Part shown: piece by piece, positions 1 to 13,486 of the stretch
Position numbering within the stretch: the first letter of the stretch is position 1
Layout: each line of letters begins with the position of its first letter
Source: the human T2T-CHM13v2.0 reference genome, Homo sapiens
Assembly: GCF_009914755.1 (NCBI RefSeq)
Contig: NC_060935.1
Strand: one strand, 5' to 3'
DNA length: 64,000 nt
Program-made: the position numbers and the translations under genes
The notes under the pieces: generated by a model
Told to the model about the DNA's origin: nothing
Seen by the model: the letters and a program-made list of their open reading frames with translations, nothing else
Database searches by the model: none

Positions 1-99
1 TATGTATTTTTCAATAACAGTTTTCAAAATTATAAAGTGAAAAGTGAGATAAATAAGGAGAAATACATAATTATCATGACAGACTTTAAATTACTAATA

Positions 100-376
100 A
101 CTCCAATCTTCAAGGCCAAAGTCTTCAAATCTTTCTCTGCTCCATCTTTATATTACTTTTTCCTCTATGTATGAGCAATCTCCCTCCTTTTTATAGGGAT
201 TCATTTAAGACCCAACCAGGTAATCCTGGATAATCTCTCCATCTCAAGATCTTTAAATTAATCGCATCTGCAAAAATCCCTTTTATTATTATTATTGCCA
301 TATAAAGTAACATTCACGGGTTCCAAGGATTAGGGTGTGAACATCTTTTGAAGAGCCATTTTTAAGCCTACTACAA
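100..376 (-). mobile_element. MLT1 (MLT1D-like) MaLR LTR fragment
   Basis: Reverse complement reads tgtagtaggc...aagatgttcacaccctaatccttggaacccgtgaatgttac...gatcttgagatggagagattatcc, matching the recalled MLT1D 5' consensus. Left boundary approximate. Confidence 0.75.
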
Positions 377-929
377 GTCCAGTCAGATATCCTTCCCTAT
401 CTGATGGACACTTGCTGAGATGACAAATCCAGCTTCCTATAAAGTGCTGATTCTCTTCCTGTAAAGTACTGATACTTGTCATTATGTCCTAGGTCTGATC
501 TTCAACATAGTCAATGCTGTAGCCATAGGAAATGAGTTTCTCTTTAAGCACTGCTAATTGTACCTTGAGTCAGTATTTGTCTGTTTTGGGGCTTTCATTT
601 TCCTTCTTCAGTGCATCAGTTACATCCAACAATAACTAACAATATGACAATACTTATAATTACAACATCCACCTTCTCTGTCCAGTATAGGAGGTATTGC
701 GTATAACAATTTATTTCCTTCCACCCAGAAACATTCCAATTTGTGATGGATGAAAATTTTGGTAATCTCACTGCTCTAGCTCCAGCATAGCACAGTGCAT
801 AAACAGTTCACTTACCGCCAATGATGAGGTCATGATACCATCTGACCATAGAGGAATTCAACTCCAGATTCCTGTTTCTCCAGATTCCTTCCTATGATGA
901 ACCAGTTTAGGTTATTCACACACATTTAC

Positions 930-1370
930 CTGAGGTTGGGTTCTTCAGAAACATAACCTGAAGTGAAGATTCATGTGCAAGTTCCCAGGAAAAGCCAGTA
1001 CAGAAATGAGGGGAGTGGAAGAAGCAAAGCAAGGGGGCAATTTCAGGCAAAGTTCTGGGGAAGGTAGCTTTAATTTTATCCTAGAAGGAGACTCAGGAGT
1101 ATAAGTTACTCCTTGGAGTTCATTATGGCCCAAGGCAAGGGAGCTGGTTTTCGTTATGCTGCACCCATCTGTCAGTTGCTATGGGGAGAGGTAGCTCTCA
1201 AGCACTAGTAGCTTTTTATGCTTTGGGAAAGGGGCTCTAGAAACCTGAGAAAAATTCTTCAGAGATGAGTTCTAAAAGCAAGCACACTCAAGTCTAAGAA
1301 GGGAACATAGGAATAGTAAAAAAGGATCTGAGGGTACCTGAGCTTAGCACTGAGAGTGACTGGAACATAT
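930..1370 (-). mobile_element. Ancient ERVL-type LTR fragment (LTR33-like)
   Basis: gggttcttcagaaacataacctgaagtgaagattcatgtgcaagt...gaagcaaagcaaggggg resembles antisense LTR33/LTR16-class LTRs. Highly diverged. Confidence 0.45.
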
Positions 1371-1449
1371 AACAGGTGATGAGCTGTATGCTACCACTGC
1401 CTCCCCCAACATCTCCCCTACCAACGTTCCTCTGCCCTGATCTGTTATC

Positions 1450-2100
1450 ATTCTCTCCCTCACTCCCTCACTGTGCTTCACACATATTTTCCTTCTCTTT
1501 GCTCTTTAAATGCACTGTCCTCAAGTATGTTTGATTTTGCTATTCCCTCTGCTTACAATGCTTGTCCCATAGATATCAACATGATACCTCATCTGCTTGA
1601 AAACCCCTAGAAGAGAAGCTCTTGCTGACCACCATTTCTCAAATTATATACCATCCACCACCACCATGACTACTTTTTACTTTAGTTAACCTTTTCCTGC
1701 TCATTTGTCTTCAGGATTCTTATTGCTTAGTATATATGGAAACTATATTACCTGGCTTCAAATTTCAGAATCATTACTCTGCAAATTACTGTGTAAATTA
1801 CTGAACTTGTCTTTTTTTCACTATCTTTATCTGTAAAATAGAAGTAACAATACTACCCATTCAAGTCTCTTTGAGTATTAGATGAGGGAATACAGGCAAT
1901 GTTCTTAGAAAAATTCCCACCCGCAATTTAAATGTCCAATAGGCATAAGCTAATGTTTCCTTACTTCCTTTCTCACATGACAGGATACTAAGTCCATTAG
2001 GAGAGAATCTTTCATCTGTTTTAACTGCTATGCTCTCAGTGAGTATACCATTGCCTCATATGTAGTGATATTCAGTAATTATTTTTAATTAATTTATTTA
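1450..2100 (+). mobile_element. L2 3' fragments interrupted by a MIR (~1755-1950)
   Basis: L2-like gctattccctctgcttacaatgc; MIR core ctttatctgtaaaatagaagtaacaatactacc; L2 tail-like tatgtagtgatattcagtaattatt. Confidence 0.55.
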
Positions 2101-2865
2101 TAAATGCACAGGTTGTTTATCCTTCTAATTCTATTAAAGTTTCTTTCTGCTTTCTTCAAATCAGTAGTGATGACTATGGATGAATTAGTTTCTGAAACAA
2201 CTGAAATCCACAGATCAGCACTGTCATGAGAACTCAATTTTCTGAAAGAATGCACTGTGCCTGCACTTTGCCACCTACATGGATGACAGGGATAAAATTA
2301 AATCAAATGCAACAAGATAGTATATGAGTATCTGCACATGGCAATTACTTGTTCTTTTGGGCTATTGAACACAATGATTATTTTGGCAACATGTTTTATA
2401 CCTTCATACTCTTTCCTTGTGATAACTTGTTTCAGTCTCCATGTTTCAACAATTGACATTAGTACTTCACTGGAGTGAATGAATGAGTGACTCTAACATG
2501 TCCTTCCTTCTGCCACCATCTCACAGCCACTAACTGGGTAATTTGATTCAGGAGAAGATAATTCTGTCACTTTAATTTCTATCAAAAAATCATAGTGCTG
2601 GCAGAAGTTCCACCCATAAGTATAGTTATAAAACCTGGAGCACAAATAGCTAAAAGTATATTGTTAAGTACTTGTTTTTCTAAATTACCCTTAGAAATCT
2701 GTGTCACAACAATATTTGATTCCCAATAATATATTGGCCCTAGTGTACATAGGATTCTTTCTTCTCTCCCTTCTATTGATAACCAGTTTTAGATATTTCT
2801 CTTCTACTTATCATACTAAAAAAAATCTAGAGCTACACAAAAGTATATATGTCTATTAAAAGCAA

Positions 2866-2887
2866 AACACACACACACACACACACA
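2866..2887. repeat. (CA)n microsatellite
   Basis: About 11 AC units read directly. Confidence 0.95.
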
Positions 2888-3006
2888 GCAGAATAAGAAG
2901 ACAATTAAAAAAAAGTGTCCCATAAGTCATCAGCCTGCAGCCCCACCTTTATTCTTTTGCTTGCTCTAAACATTTGGACAAAAAGGGTATGATCTAATGT
3001 TAATAT

Positions 3007-3411
3007 ACTGAGTGGGGAAAACCCGCAAGTCCTCCCTGCTTAGATTCTTCTTGGTGTCTCTGAGCATGCATTCTTTTCTTCTGGGTGTGGGACAGGACCT
3101 CTCTGGAATGGGGACTTATGACCTATAGTCAAAGAGTTAGATCAGGTAATTTCTTTATGGCCAGTTTTTACAGAGAAAGGTAGAGGAAAAATTAGAATAA
3201 TATTTTTAGGTTTCATGATGGGCTTGGGGCAAAAGAGGTGCTGGTTTCAATGACCCACATTGGGGAGGAGGGATCTTAGCTTCTAGGGATAACTTCAGTG
3301 GGGGAACAGGACTGAGAAATAGGAGGACAGGAGAAGGTCAGAGGAAAACTTGTTGCATCTAGAACTGCTGCAGACGACTTCATTTTAGGATATTGTTTTC
3401 TGAGTCCAACA
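3007..3411 (-). mobile_element. MER31-family ERV1 LTR
   Basis: Reverse complement begins tgttggactcagaaaacaatatcctaaaatgaag...tttcctctgaccttctcctgtcctcct, as in the recalled MER31 5' end. Confidence 0.75.
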
Positions 3412-3653
3412 CAGCTAATGGAGCAATATGTAAACAAATGTATAAATTTTTTGTAAGTTTAATTTTTTTTCAGAATTAAAAGTTAAAAATGTGTATTGTT
3501 ATTTAAGTGAGATTGAAATTGTTAAAAATAACATTAAATTTACTATTTTATTCATAGACAAAAAATTATATGGAAACTGGATTTTTTAATACTGTTCTTA
3601 AATTACTTTCTACACACCCTAATGAAGACAAATAAGAGTATCAGAATACCGTG

Positions 3654-4072
3654 TGATATCATTTGAATATTTTACCCATCCAAATCTCATATTGAATTGT
3701 AATCTCCAATGTTGAAGGTGGGGTCTGGTGGGAGGTTTTTGGGTTATGGGGGCAGATCCCTTATGGCTTGGTGCTGTACTGGTGTTAGTGAGTGAGTTTT
3801 GTAAAAGCTGGTTGTTGTAAAGTGTGGCACTTCTCCCCGTCACTCTCACTCTTGCTCCTGTTCTTGCCATTTTAAGTGCCTGCTTCCACTTTTCCCTCTG
3901 CCATGAGTAAAAGCTTCCTGAGACCCCCCCCCGCAAAGAAGCTGAGCAGATGTGGGCATCATGCTTACTGTAAAGCCTGAAGAACCATGAGCCAATTAAA
4001 CTCTTTTTTTTTTTTAATAAATTGCCCAGTCTGAAGTATTTCTTCATAGCAATCCAAAAATAGATTAACACA
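3654..4072 (+). mobile_element. MSTA/MSTB MaLR solo LTR
   Basis: tgatat...ccaaatctcatattgaattgtaatctccaatgttgaaggtgggg...gaaccatgagccaattaaactc...attaacaca; ~420 bp with TG...CA ends. Confidence 0.88.
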
Positions 4073-4169
4073 GTGTTATAAAGTTAGAAAAATAGGCTTT
4101 CATCTAGGGAAACAATTTGTCAACCAAGCAACATTTTCTTATTTGGGGCTATTCATGATATAGGCATAA

Positions 4170-4507
<338 letters not shown>

Positions 4508-4605
4508 TAGATTACTCTAGAAATTTGATTTTTAAATATTGATTAGTGAGCACAAATATTTAGTATTACAAGAAAAAGTGGTATGACAAACGTATTGAAT
4601 TTAAT

Positions 4606-5527
4606 TGTGAATAACAAAAGAATCAAACTCTGTAATATATTTGAAGGGATTTATTCTTAGCCATATATGATTGAGTAAGGCCTGAGGTACAGTCTCAAGA
4701 GATTCTGAGAACATGTACCCAAAGTGGTTGGATTACAGCTTGATTTTATACATTTTAGGGGGACAGAAGTTACAGGCAAATATCAATCAATATATGTAAG
4801 GTGTACATTGGTTTGGTCTGGAAAGGAAGGAAAATTTGAAGCAAGGGATGGAGTTAAAGAGGGTAGACTGGGGACTTCCAGGTTATAGGTAGATTCAAAA
4901 ATTTCCTGAAGGCAATTGGTTGAAAGGGAAAGCTTTGCCTGAAGAGTTGAAGTCAACAGAAATAAATGCTTGTAGTTAAGATAAAGGGTGTTGTGGAAGC
5001 CAAGGTTCTTATTATGTAGATGAAGTCTCCAAGTAGCAGACTTCAGAGAATAAATAGAAAATGTCTCATCACATCCTAAAATGTGTCAGTCTCTTAGTTA
5101 ACTTTCTTTTGGATCAGGAAAAGACCTAGAAAGGGAAGAGGGTTCTCTACAGAATATAGATGTCCCCACAAGAGACAACTTTGCAGAGCTGTTTCAAAAT
5201 ATGTTAAAAAATATATTCTGGGGCAAAATACTTGGATTTCTTTCGGGTCCCACTATGTGTCATGGGATCTTACACTAGAGTCAGGTTGGAATTTTGTATC
5301 TTATTGCTGCAAACAGTCTGTTTTGTCAGTCTTAAGATCTCTGTTTTAATGTTAATGCTGGTCATCCATACCTGAATTCCAGAGAGAGAAGGGTAAAATG
5401 AGGGATGTCTGACCTGCTCTTTCCATCATGGCTTGACCTAGTTTTTCAGATTTACTTTGCAATGCTCTTGGCCAAGAGAGGGATCCATTCAGTTGGTTGG
5501 GAGCTTTAATGTTATTTTTGGCTTACA
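4606..5527 (-). mobile_element. MER4-group (MER4D-like) ERV1 solo LTR
   Basis: Reverse complement starts tgtaagccaaaaataac...ccaactgaatggatccctctcttggccaagagcatt; ~920 bp with TG...CA ends. Confidence 0.8.
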
Positions 5528-5819
5528 GAGTTAAATTTTCTTCATTTTGAACAAAATGAAAATATTTTATACTTTTTTTGAGGCAACTTTAAAATTGTTC
5601 ATTAAGTTCTAGTTAGTAATTTTGTAAAACTCGAACTCAACTTGGCTGGTAAAATATTCCCATTAAATTATTTCTTGGAATAAGACTATTTTGTTTCTTC
5701 AGTAAGTTGACATCAGCCAAAGCATTAATTAGTCACTAATAAAAGCACCTAAGTGGTTGGTCCATTTAAGTTCTCACTTGGACCTGTACACACTGTGGTG
5801 CTCTCACTGCTTTTATAAG

Positions 5820-6328
5820 TATGAAAGGAAATTAAATTTTGGGACCCCAAACTCATTTAGCCAAAGGGAAAAGTCAAGCTGGGAACTGGGTCACGCAAAC
5901 CTGCCTCCCCCTTTTGGTTCCTAAATAAGATGGCTACAAGATGAAAGGCTATATGCCTCCCCCATATTTTGCCCATGAGGAAATTCCTGGTGAGCTGTTA
6001 AAACTTCACCATAGCAATGCAAATTGATCGCTTATCTTCACAGGTGCAGCCACTTCAGTCCACCAGACACAAATGCATATCTGATTATTCCTGTACTGCA
6101 TTTTGTCTGTGTTTTCATATGTAAAAGGCAGATTCCCCACATTGTTCCTCTGCCCGCTTTTGCTTATGTGAAAACTGTGTGCTTCCCACCCTTTCCGCTT
6201 TAAATTTGGAGCCCTCAAATCATCTTTGGAGAAGGGCATAGACCTGTCTCCCAGGGTGTGTCCTTAACTTTGGCAAATAAATCTCCTAAAATGATTGAGA
6301 CTTGTCTCATCATTTTCTTCAATTGACA
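5820..6328 (+). mobile_element. ERV1 solo LTR (MER84/MER83/MER4C-like)
   Basis: tgaaaggaaattaaattttgggaccccaaactcatttagccaaagggaaaagtcaagctgggaactg; AATAAA near 6276; ends gaca; 4-bp TSD taag at 5816-5819 and 6329-6332. Confidence 0.82.
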
Positions 6329-6571
6329 TAAGTGAGTGGATTATACATTCCATACTTATATATCACAGGCTGTTAAGAGTCAGAATATGCACCCCAGACA
6401 GAGGTGTTTCTTACTTACTTTACTTTCTTCAAAAATGTAAAACATTCCTTTATAGACCCTTTCAGACCTGAAATTTTAGCATAATGAAGAGGAATCTAAG
6501 ATCTAGACAGATGCATTGACTATTAAGAGTCTATTAAAAGTCAAGTTGGAGACTAGTGGAAGCTTGGCAAA

Positions 6572-6741
6572 AGCAGTGCTCCTCACATTTTAATATGTAT
6601 ATGAGTCACCTGGAGGACTTGTTAAATGAAGTCAATTAAAAATGCAGACTCTGTTTCAGTCCCTCAGAGAAGAGCCTGAGATTCTGCATTTCTATTGAGT
6701 GCCCAGGTGATGCTGTGCTGCTGGTCCCTGGTGCATACTCT
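6572..6741. mobile_element. MER5 hAT-Charlie element
   Basis: cagtgctcctcac...atgagtcacctggaggacttgttaaa...aaatgcagactctg...gcctgagattctgcatttcta...cccaggtgatgctg. Confidence 0.8.
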
Positions 6742-7224
6742 TGTAGGACAGTCTTCTGGATGACCTTGGACCAATCCAGCTCTACCCTATTCTTGCAGGT
6801 AGTCCTTCAGAATAACTCTAGAATGTTCTGGGAATTAAACATGCTGAGATAGGGAAGGGCTGACTAGAAAAACTCTGACTTGTTTCCAGCCCCGCTTAGA
6901 AGCAGGATGTCCTTCAACATTTTAACCCAGCATGTCTTATTGCTCCCAGGGTATAAAACCCAAAGAGTTGAGCTGCTTTTCAGAGTCCCTGAGCTGTGGT
7001 GCAGTTGGGACATGCACAGGCCAGATTTTATCTGCCTCAGGCAGCTTTCCTCAACCTAGCTCATCTTAAATCCCAGTCTTCTGTTATATACTGCTGCCTA
7101 TCTGTAAGTAATAATTCCACTTCATATAACTTGTCCGTGTGTGTGTATGTGTGTGTATGGGGGGTATTCTGTCTCACCAGACTCAGACAGCTTGGTAACC
7201 AATGTACAGTGAACCTGCTTCACA
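6742..7224 (+). mobile_element. ERVL solo LTR (LTR47-like)
   Basis: tgtaggacag...ccttggacc...agaataactctagaatgttctgggaat...caggatgtccttcaac; TATA-like gggtataaaacc at ~6950; ends cttcaca. Confidence 0.7.
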
Positions 7225-9780
7225 GCTCGGATTAACAAAATATTATAAAGAAGAACATGATTTTCTGAGCTTCCTCTGGGCACCATACATTTTGAAAAAT
7301 CTCAGCACCAAATGTTAAAATACTTTCCCTCTTGTTTCCCTCTTGTCCCAAAACCATCACTATATACTGGAATAGGAGTGAGCTGTTCACTTAAAGCCTG
7401 TTATCAATAGGTTTGTCAATGGCCTATTAGGTGGCCTGGTATAAAAGTACAGCCCAAGAAGATGTCTGTATCAAATGGGGACTGCCTCACCCAATGATAT
7501 TCACTTCAGGTTTTGTGGAGATTTTGTGTCTGTGCGTGCTTCAGTGGGGAAAGACAGGAAGAGAGCGAGAGAGAATCAGCAGAGCAGAGGAGAGAGAATA
7601 CATAACAAACAGTGTCTTCATTCTTAGAGGATATAAAGGCTACTTTCTACAGTTACTGCTGCATCACTGGAGTCTCTGACAGACACTAGAACTGGAGTGA
7701 GTCCTATTGTGTACTCAGTTCTTTCTGAGACCTGATATGCAATTCTTGAGACATCTTATGTTACTTGCTTATGGATCCTCACAAATAAACAAATTATTTA
7801 CATATGAAATAACTGAGTATCTGAGAATTCTCAACATTCTCCCAGAAAAGCCCTAAGCTCCTCTACTGTTCAGACTCTTCAAATGTCTGCTTCTGTACTT
7901 TGAAGAATTATAGTGAAAACTTTCCTCAAACTCTGTCACTGGGAGTATATAGAGAGCTAGGTGCTTTTCCAGTAATGCTTATGCACAAACAAGATTTATA
8001 ATCCAGAGAATTTCACCAACTTTAAGACATTCTCGGTAGAAAAAGCAAATGGGGAAGAAGTAAAGATAGATTCTTTCATTATTATCAATGGTAACCATAA
8101 TACTCAAGCTAACCAGTGGTTAGCAAACACAAAGCAGGGGGAAGAATCCCATCCTTATGTTAAGATTGTAGCTAGAGTCTTATTTAAAGACAATTTCAAT
8201 TTAATGTTCAAGGAGATATCTATGAAAATTCAATTGGATTTCAAATTTCAGGAATTCATAAGGTCAGGGAAAATCTTAACAAGTGTGGTAAAGGTAAAAA
8301 TATCTCAGATCCTTACCTTAAATATTGAAAAAACATGTGACATGCTGACAACATGTATGAAACTGCCCTTTCTCCACTCCCAGGACACCTTATCTCTGAA
8401 AAAAAAAAATTATTTTAGCAGTGTGAAATAGACTGGGATGTTTGAAATGGAGTTTTACCAACAGAGTTTATATTTTACATCTCACAGACTGAGGGATTTC
8501 AAGGTAAGTTTATGGTATTAGGGAAGGAAAAGACATCTTGTAAAATCCACAAGGGTCATGATGGTAAGAGAAGTTGTCTGACTGAGATGAGTTTTCTAAA
8601 ATCTTGATTCCCCAAACTGGTGCTCATCTGACTGTAATGAGATTTTTTTTTAAAAAAACAAAACACCTCAATATTATAAAGCATTAAATTCATACAAAGA
8701 AATAGACATTAAGATGTATATATACATCTTACATTAGGTGCATCAATGAGTACACAGGCTGGGAACAAGATTGCCCAGCTAAGTATAACTAGGGAAAATG
8801 AACTTGCCTGCTATCTTAATGACTGTCTTTTAGGAAGGGTTACTTCTTAGACCCATGTGTAACTCACAAATAGATAGGGGAAACCTATTAGAGAAAAAAT
8901 ATGAGGTTGCCACAGAAACGTTAAGTAAGCCCTACCTCTGGTAGGTGAGCAGTTCCAGGGTTTCCATTTTTTTCTGACAGTATATGAAAGAAAATGCTTA
9001 AAAATTTTGAAATTCTAGAATGAAGACAGCATCACGTAACTTTGTTCTCATTGCTTCAAAGTTTTGGGAGGAAACCATGGCTCTTTCATGTTCCCCATTG
9101 GCCCCTCCCCAACAATAATTTTACCACATATGCTACTGGTTTGCAGTGGTTTGATTTGTTGTTTTCTTAGAGGGAAAATGAAAATTTATCATTTCTGGAA
9201 CTTCATACTTCCATTCTTTTAGGAGACTTTGTGAACTTCAAAGCCCTTTAGTTTTATTCTATTTAATCTTCACAAAAATAATTTCAGGGTTATATTTAAT
9301 AATTATATATTTGTTTTGATTAAAAAGATAATAGGAAATAACTCACATATATTTATTTATAAAACCTTTCTAAAAACCACGTGCTGTTACAAAAGCACCA
9401 CATTCCTAGCACCTCACTCATTACATTTCCCTGTGCTATGCTCTTGCTAGTCTATACATAAGCAAAGGTGAAAAGCCTGTTTATGCTAAGTAAATACAAA
9501 CTTGCATTTATGTATTTTTCTGCTATAAATGAAATTTGGAAGAGACCTAAACAACATGAGTCACTGTGGTCTTCTTCAAAAAAACATTTTCAAAAATAAA
9601 ATAGGCGTGTTCTCATTTTCTTACTATATTAATATTATTTTAAAGGAAATAATTAAAATTATACTTTCTGGTGATTGACACCATAATAATCACTTGGTTT
9701 TGATGAACTTTCCTTTTAAGACAACTCTAAATTTTGGAATTGAATTTTTAAATTTGTTAACAAGAAATTCTCACCAGTCA

Positions 9781-10166
9781 ATTTTTATTTTTTTGAGACA
9801 GGGTCTTGCTCTGTCACTCAGGCTGGCTCACTGCAGCATCAGCCTCCTGGGATCAAGCCATCCTCTTGCCTCAACCTCCCATGCCTCCCATGTAGCTGAG
9901 ACCACAGGTGCATGCCATGGCACATCACTATTTTTTTTTTTATTTTACTTTTTGTGAAGATGGGTGGGGGGTGGTCTCACTTTGTTGCTCAGGTGGGTCT
10001 CAAACTCTTGTACTGTTTTTTTTTTAATTTTACTTTTTGTGAAGATGGGGAGGGTGGTCTCACTTTGTTGCTCAGGTGGGTCTCAAACTCTTGGGTTCTA
10101 GCAATCCTCTCGCCTCAGCTTCCCAAAGTGCTAGGATTATAGGCGTGAGCCACCACACAACCAGCC
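9781..10166 (-). mobile_element. AluJ with an internal ~85-bp tandem duplication and a ~20-bp deletion
   Basis: gagacagggtcttgctctgtcactcaggctgg...cccaaagtgctaggattataggcgtgagccacc; the left-arm/linker segment is present twice. Confidence 0.93.
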
Positions 10167-10565
10167 TTGCAAACAGTATTGATTTAAACTTTCTACATTA
10201 TCAAGACAATTTTAAGGGGTTAACAAATGATAAGAAGGGATATAAATTTTGTTTATAATAATATTGGTATTATTGGGACTAGTGCTACACTCTTAAACAT
10301 AAAACAGAGAGATTTGTTTTGATCAGATGAAATAGTTAATGAGACTTTCTTGTTAATATCAATTTATATTTCAATAAGTGAAAAAATCATCTGAAATATA
10401 TTCTTCATGGATATCTGTATATTTTGAACACTTAAGGTGTATGTTTAGTAATACTATTTTATGTACATTATGTTTTTTAATGTCCAATGCTGGAATTTTT
10501 AAAAAAAATTTTAGTAATCATCACATTCTTTTCCAAGTAACAGGGTTCTTGAAAGTACTTGGCTT

Positions 10566-10916
<351 letters not shown>

Positions 10917-12742
10917 TTATTGAATGGATATACAGCACCTGTTGGGTCATGGCATATCAAAGGATCATCAAAACTCTGAAAGAAACAAATATAAGAAAGG
11001 TTAATTTTAGTCTATTTTCTGTTAACCCTTTGTGTTATTGCAAAAAAAATGATGTTTTTTTCTCATTCAAGTGAGATGGATTACAATAGACTCAACATTA
11101 AACTAGCAAAAATAAATATATGTGATAACAACTATGCTATCACATTGAGACTGCATTTACTCATTTTTTATTTCAGGAAGAGAACTTCAAGACTTTGATT
11201 CCAAGTTTCTCCTTTTACCTAAGCTGCAGAATGGTAATTGGCTTTCCCATGTTACAGAGTTAGTTTCCATAAAATTTAGACGAAATCTCTGCTGACTTCT
11301 AGTTCCAAGCATTTTATAAATATTACACTAATTAACTCTGCAGCTCAACTTCTTTTCAGTTTTTCTGTTTAAACTATACTAAGTTCTTACCACTTAGCTT
11401 ATTACAATATGTCTGTAAGATGATTTAACCAGATTGGTTTTCGAAAATAAGCTACATTTGAACCTTCAAATATATACATATATATTTTTGTTTTATGTTC
11501 ATTTAGATAAAATTAAGTACAGTAACAGAGAAAGCAATTTTTTTCTAATTTAAATTTGAAGTCCTAAAATTTACCCTTTCAAATAAAATGTTTCTTTTTT
11601 ACAGTTCAAATTATAATATAAAATACTTCTTTATAGACTTAAATTTGGTGGCATTTCAGAGGCTTGGCTGAACCCTATAGCTTGAACTTGTTAATGAAAT
11701 AAAAATTTAATATCCTTATAATAGATGAAGGAAAATTATTAATCTTCATCTTAGCCAAATAATATGTTAATGAAAAACATAGTTATCATTTAAGGTCTCA
11801 TAATTTGCCATAATGGTCATTGGAAAACACTTATTTTCCTATGAACTGTTAATTCCAATTACATTAACTTTTCAGAGTGAGATAAAGAGGCATGCAAATG
11901 TGTACAGTTAAATTACAGATTATAGAGCTATACTTCCCCTTTAAAGCAAGTACCTCAGTCTTTCTGGATCACTGTCCTACTTTTCAACACTTTTCAACAC
12001 CCATTTACACTATTATTTAACTTAAAGGGCCAGAGCATTATTTTGAGTTGAGTGATCATGGCACACACCATAACAGATGATGCATGCACTATTACACTCC
12101 TTCATACACTGAGAGGTTATGCTGGAGTAGAAGGAGATAGTGCATTCTTCCCACGCTACTACAAGCACCTCAAAGGCGGATAATCAGGCCTTAGGGTATG
12201 CCAAGTCCTTAAATCATTTTAGAAAGAATCCTTATCTACTGATCTACTGCTAGCATCTAACATGACCCACAAATATTTACAACAATTTACCAAGGTAATA
12301 ATGGAGCATCAACTTGGCAACTGTCGATTATGAATACATCACTGGGTTACACAAGGTCCATCCTGTCATTTCTGAGGCAAGTCATTGAAGCTCTTTGAGC
12401 CTCACCCAGCATTCTCCTCTGTGAAACAGATAATAGAAATTACTGCAAAAAAGTAGAATCTATTCAGAAAATATAGTAGGAAGAGATACTCTTGTAGGGC
12501 TCAAAAGGCAAAGGATATAATGTTTGGGCCTAAAAAGGAAAATAAGTAGGCAGAGGAACTAGTCAACGTGGCTAATGACAAAAAGAAAAAAAAGAATTAA
12601 TATTTGCAAATCCCCTAATGATTGGGGGAAAGTTGTGATGACTAAAGTAGAGGCTAGACAGAAAATATCTACTACACAGCCTGCAGCATTTCATGTCCAT
12701 TTCTAATAATTAGAGACAAGATCAGCTCCAGCAGAGAGGGAA

Positions 12743-12893
12743 AAGAAAAAGGTAGATACATGCATATTGATTTGAAAAGCATAAAAAAGGTACTAAAATG
12801 CATAGTAATTATTAATAAGTGTTTTTATTTTTATTTTTTTCCTCTGTGGTCTGAAGTGGATAACAGGGAAGAGAGCAAGGACTTTCTAATAGT
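12743..12893 (+). repeat. Direct repeat copy 1 (~150 bp, paralogous to 14958-15103)
   Basis: aagaaaaaggtagatacatgcatattga...aagtggataacaggga...caaggactttctaatagt occurs twice in the window. Confidence 0.95.
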
Positions 12894-12999
12894 TAAATTT
12901 GGGGACAGACTGGGGACACTTTTCTAATTTTCTCCAGGCCCCAACCCATATTGTAGAATAATGAATACACCGAAGATTGTTATGCTATTCTGGAAAAAG

Positions 13000-13485
13000 G
13001 AATACATACCTGTGGTTGGCAATCTTTCCAACTATGTCTACATGGCAAGGTTAACATTCATATTCAAAGCAACCAAATATATCTCAAAATTTAAAAAAAG
13101 TTAATCTCAATGACCAAATAAAGAGTCTATGAAGAGATTCATGCATGTGAAGTTATCTATTATATCATTAAAAGTGACATTTCAAATCCATGGGGCAAAG
13201 TAATAAAAATGACTTAAAAGCAATTGACTTTTCATTTGGAAAAAAATTAAAACTGAATGCCTACTTCACGTGATATAAAAATATATATTCCAGAAGGGAT
13301 TAGAGGGTAACATGAAAAATACATAAATTATAGTCCACTATAAGGTAATATTGTTTTAATTTTTGTAAAATGTTTTTCTAAGCGGGACACAAATCCCTAA
13401 AACCATAAGGAAAAGGCTGAGTAATTTGTGCTCATAAAATTGAAAAAAAACAGTTCATAAAACAAGAGACTATATGTAGTTGAAA
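13000..13485 (+). mobile_element. Old L1M ORF2 fragment
   Basis: L1-like atttcaaatccatgggg...attgacttttcatttggaaaaaaattaaaactgaatgcctacttcac...tattccagaagggattaga. Confidence 0.55.
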
Positions 13486-13486
13486 A

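Noticed and set aside
806-960. Minus-strand GCG|GTAAGT donor at ~816 with a possible acceptor near 958
   Set aside because: The acceptor falls in an LTR fragment and there is no supporting frame or partner exon; expected by chance.
3619-4071. 150-aa minus-strand ORF
   Set aside because: Lies almost entirely within the antisense of an MST LTR; no recognisable protein domain.
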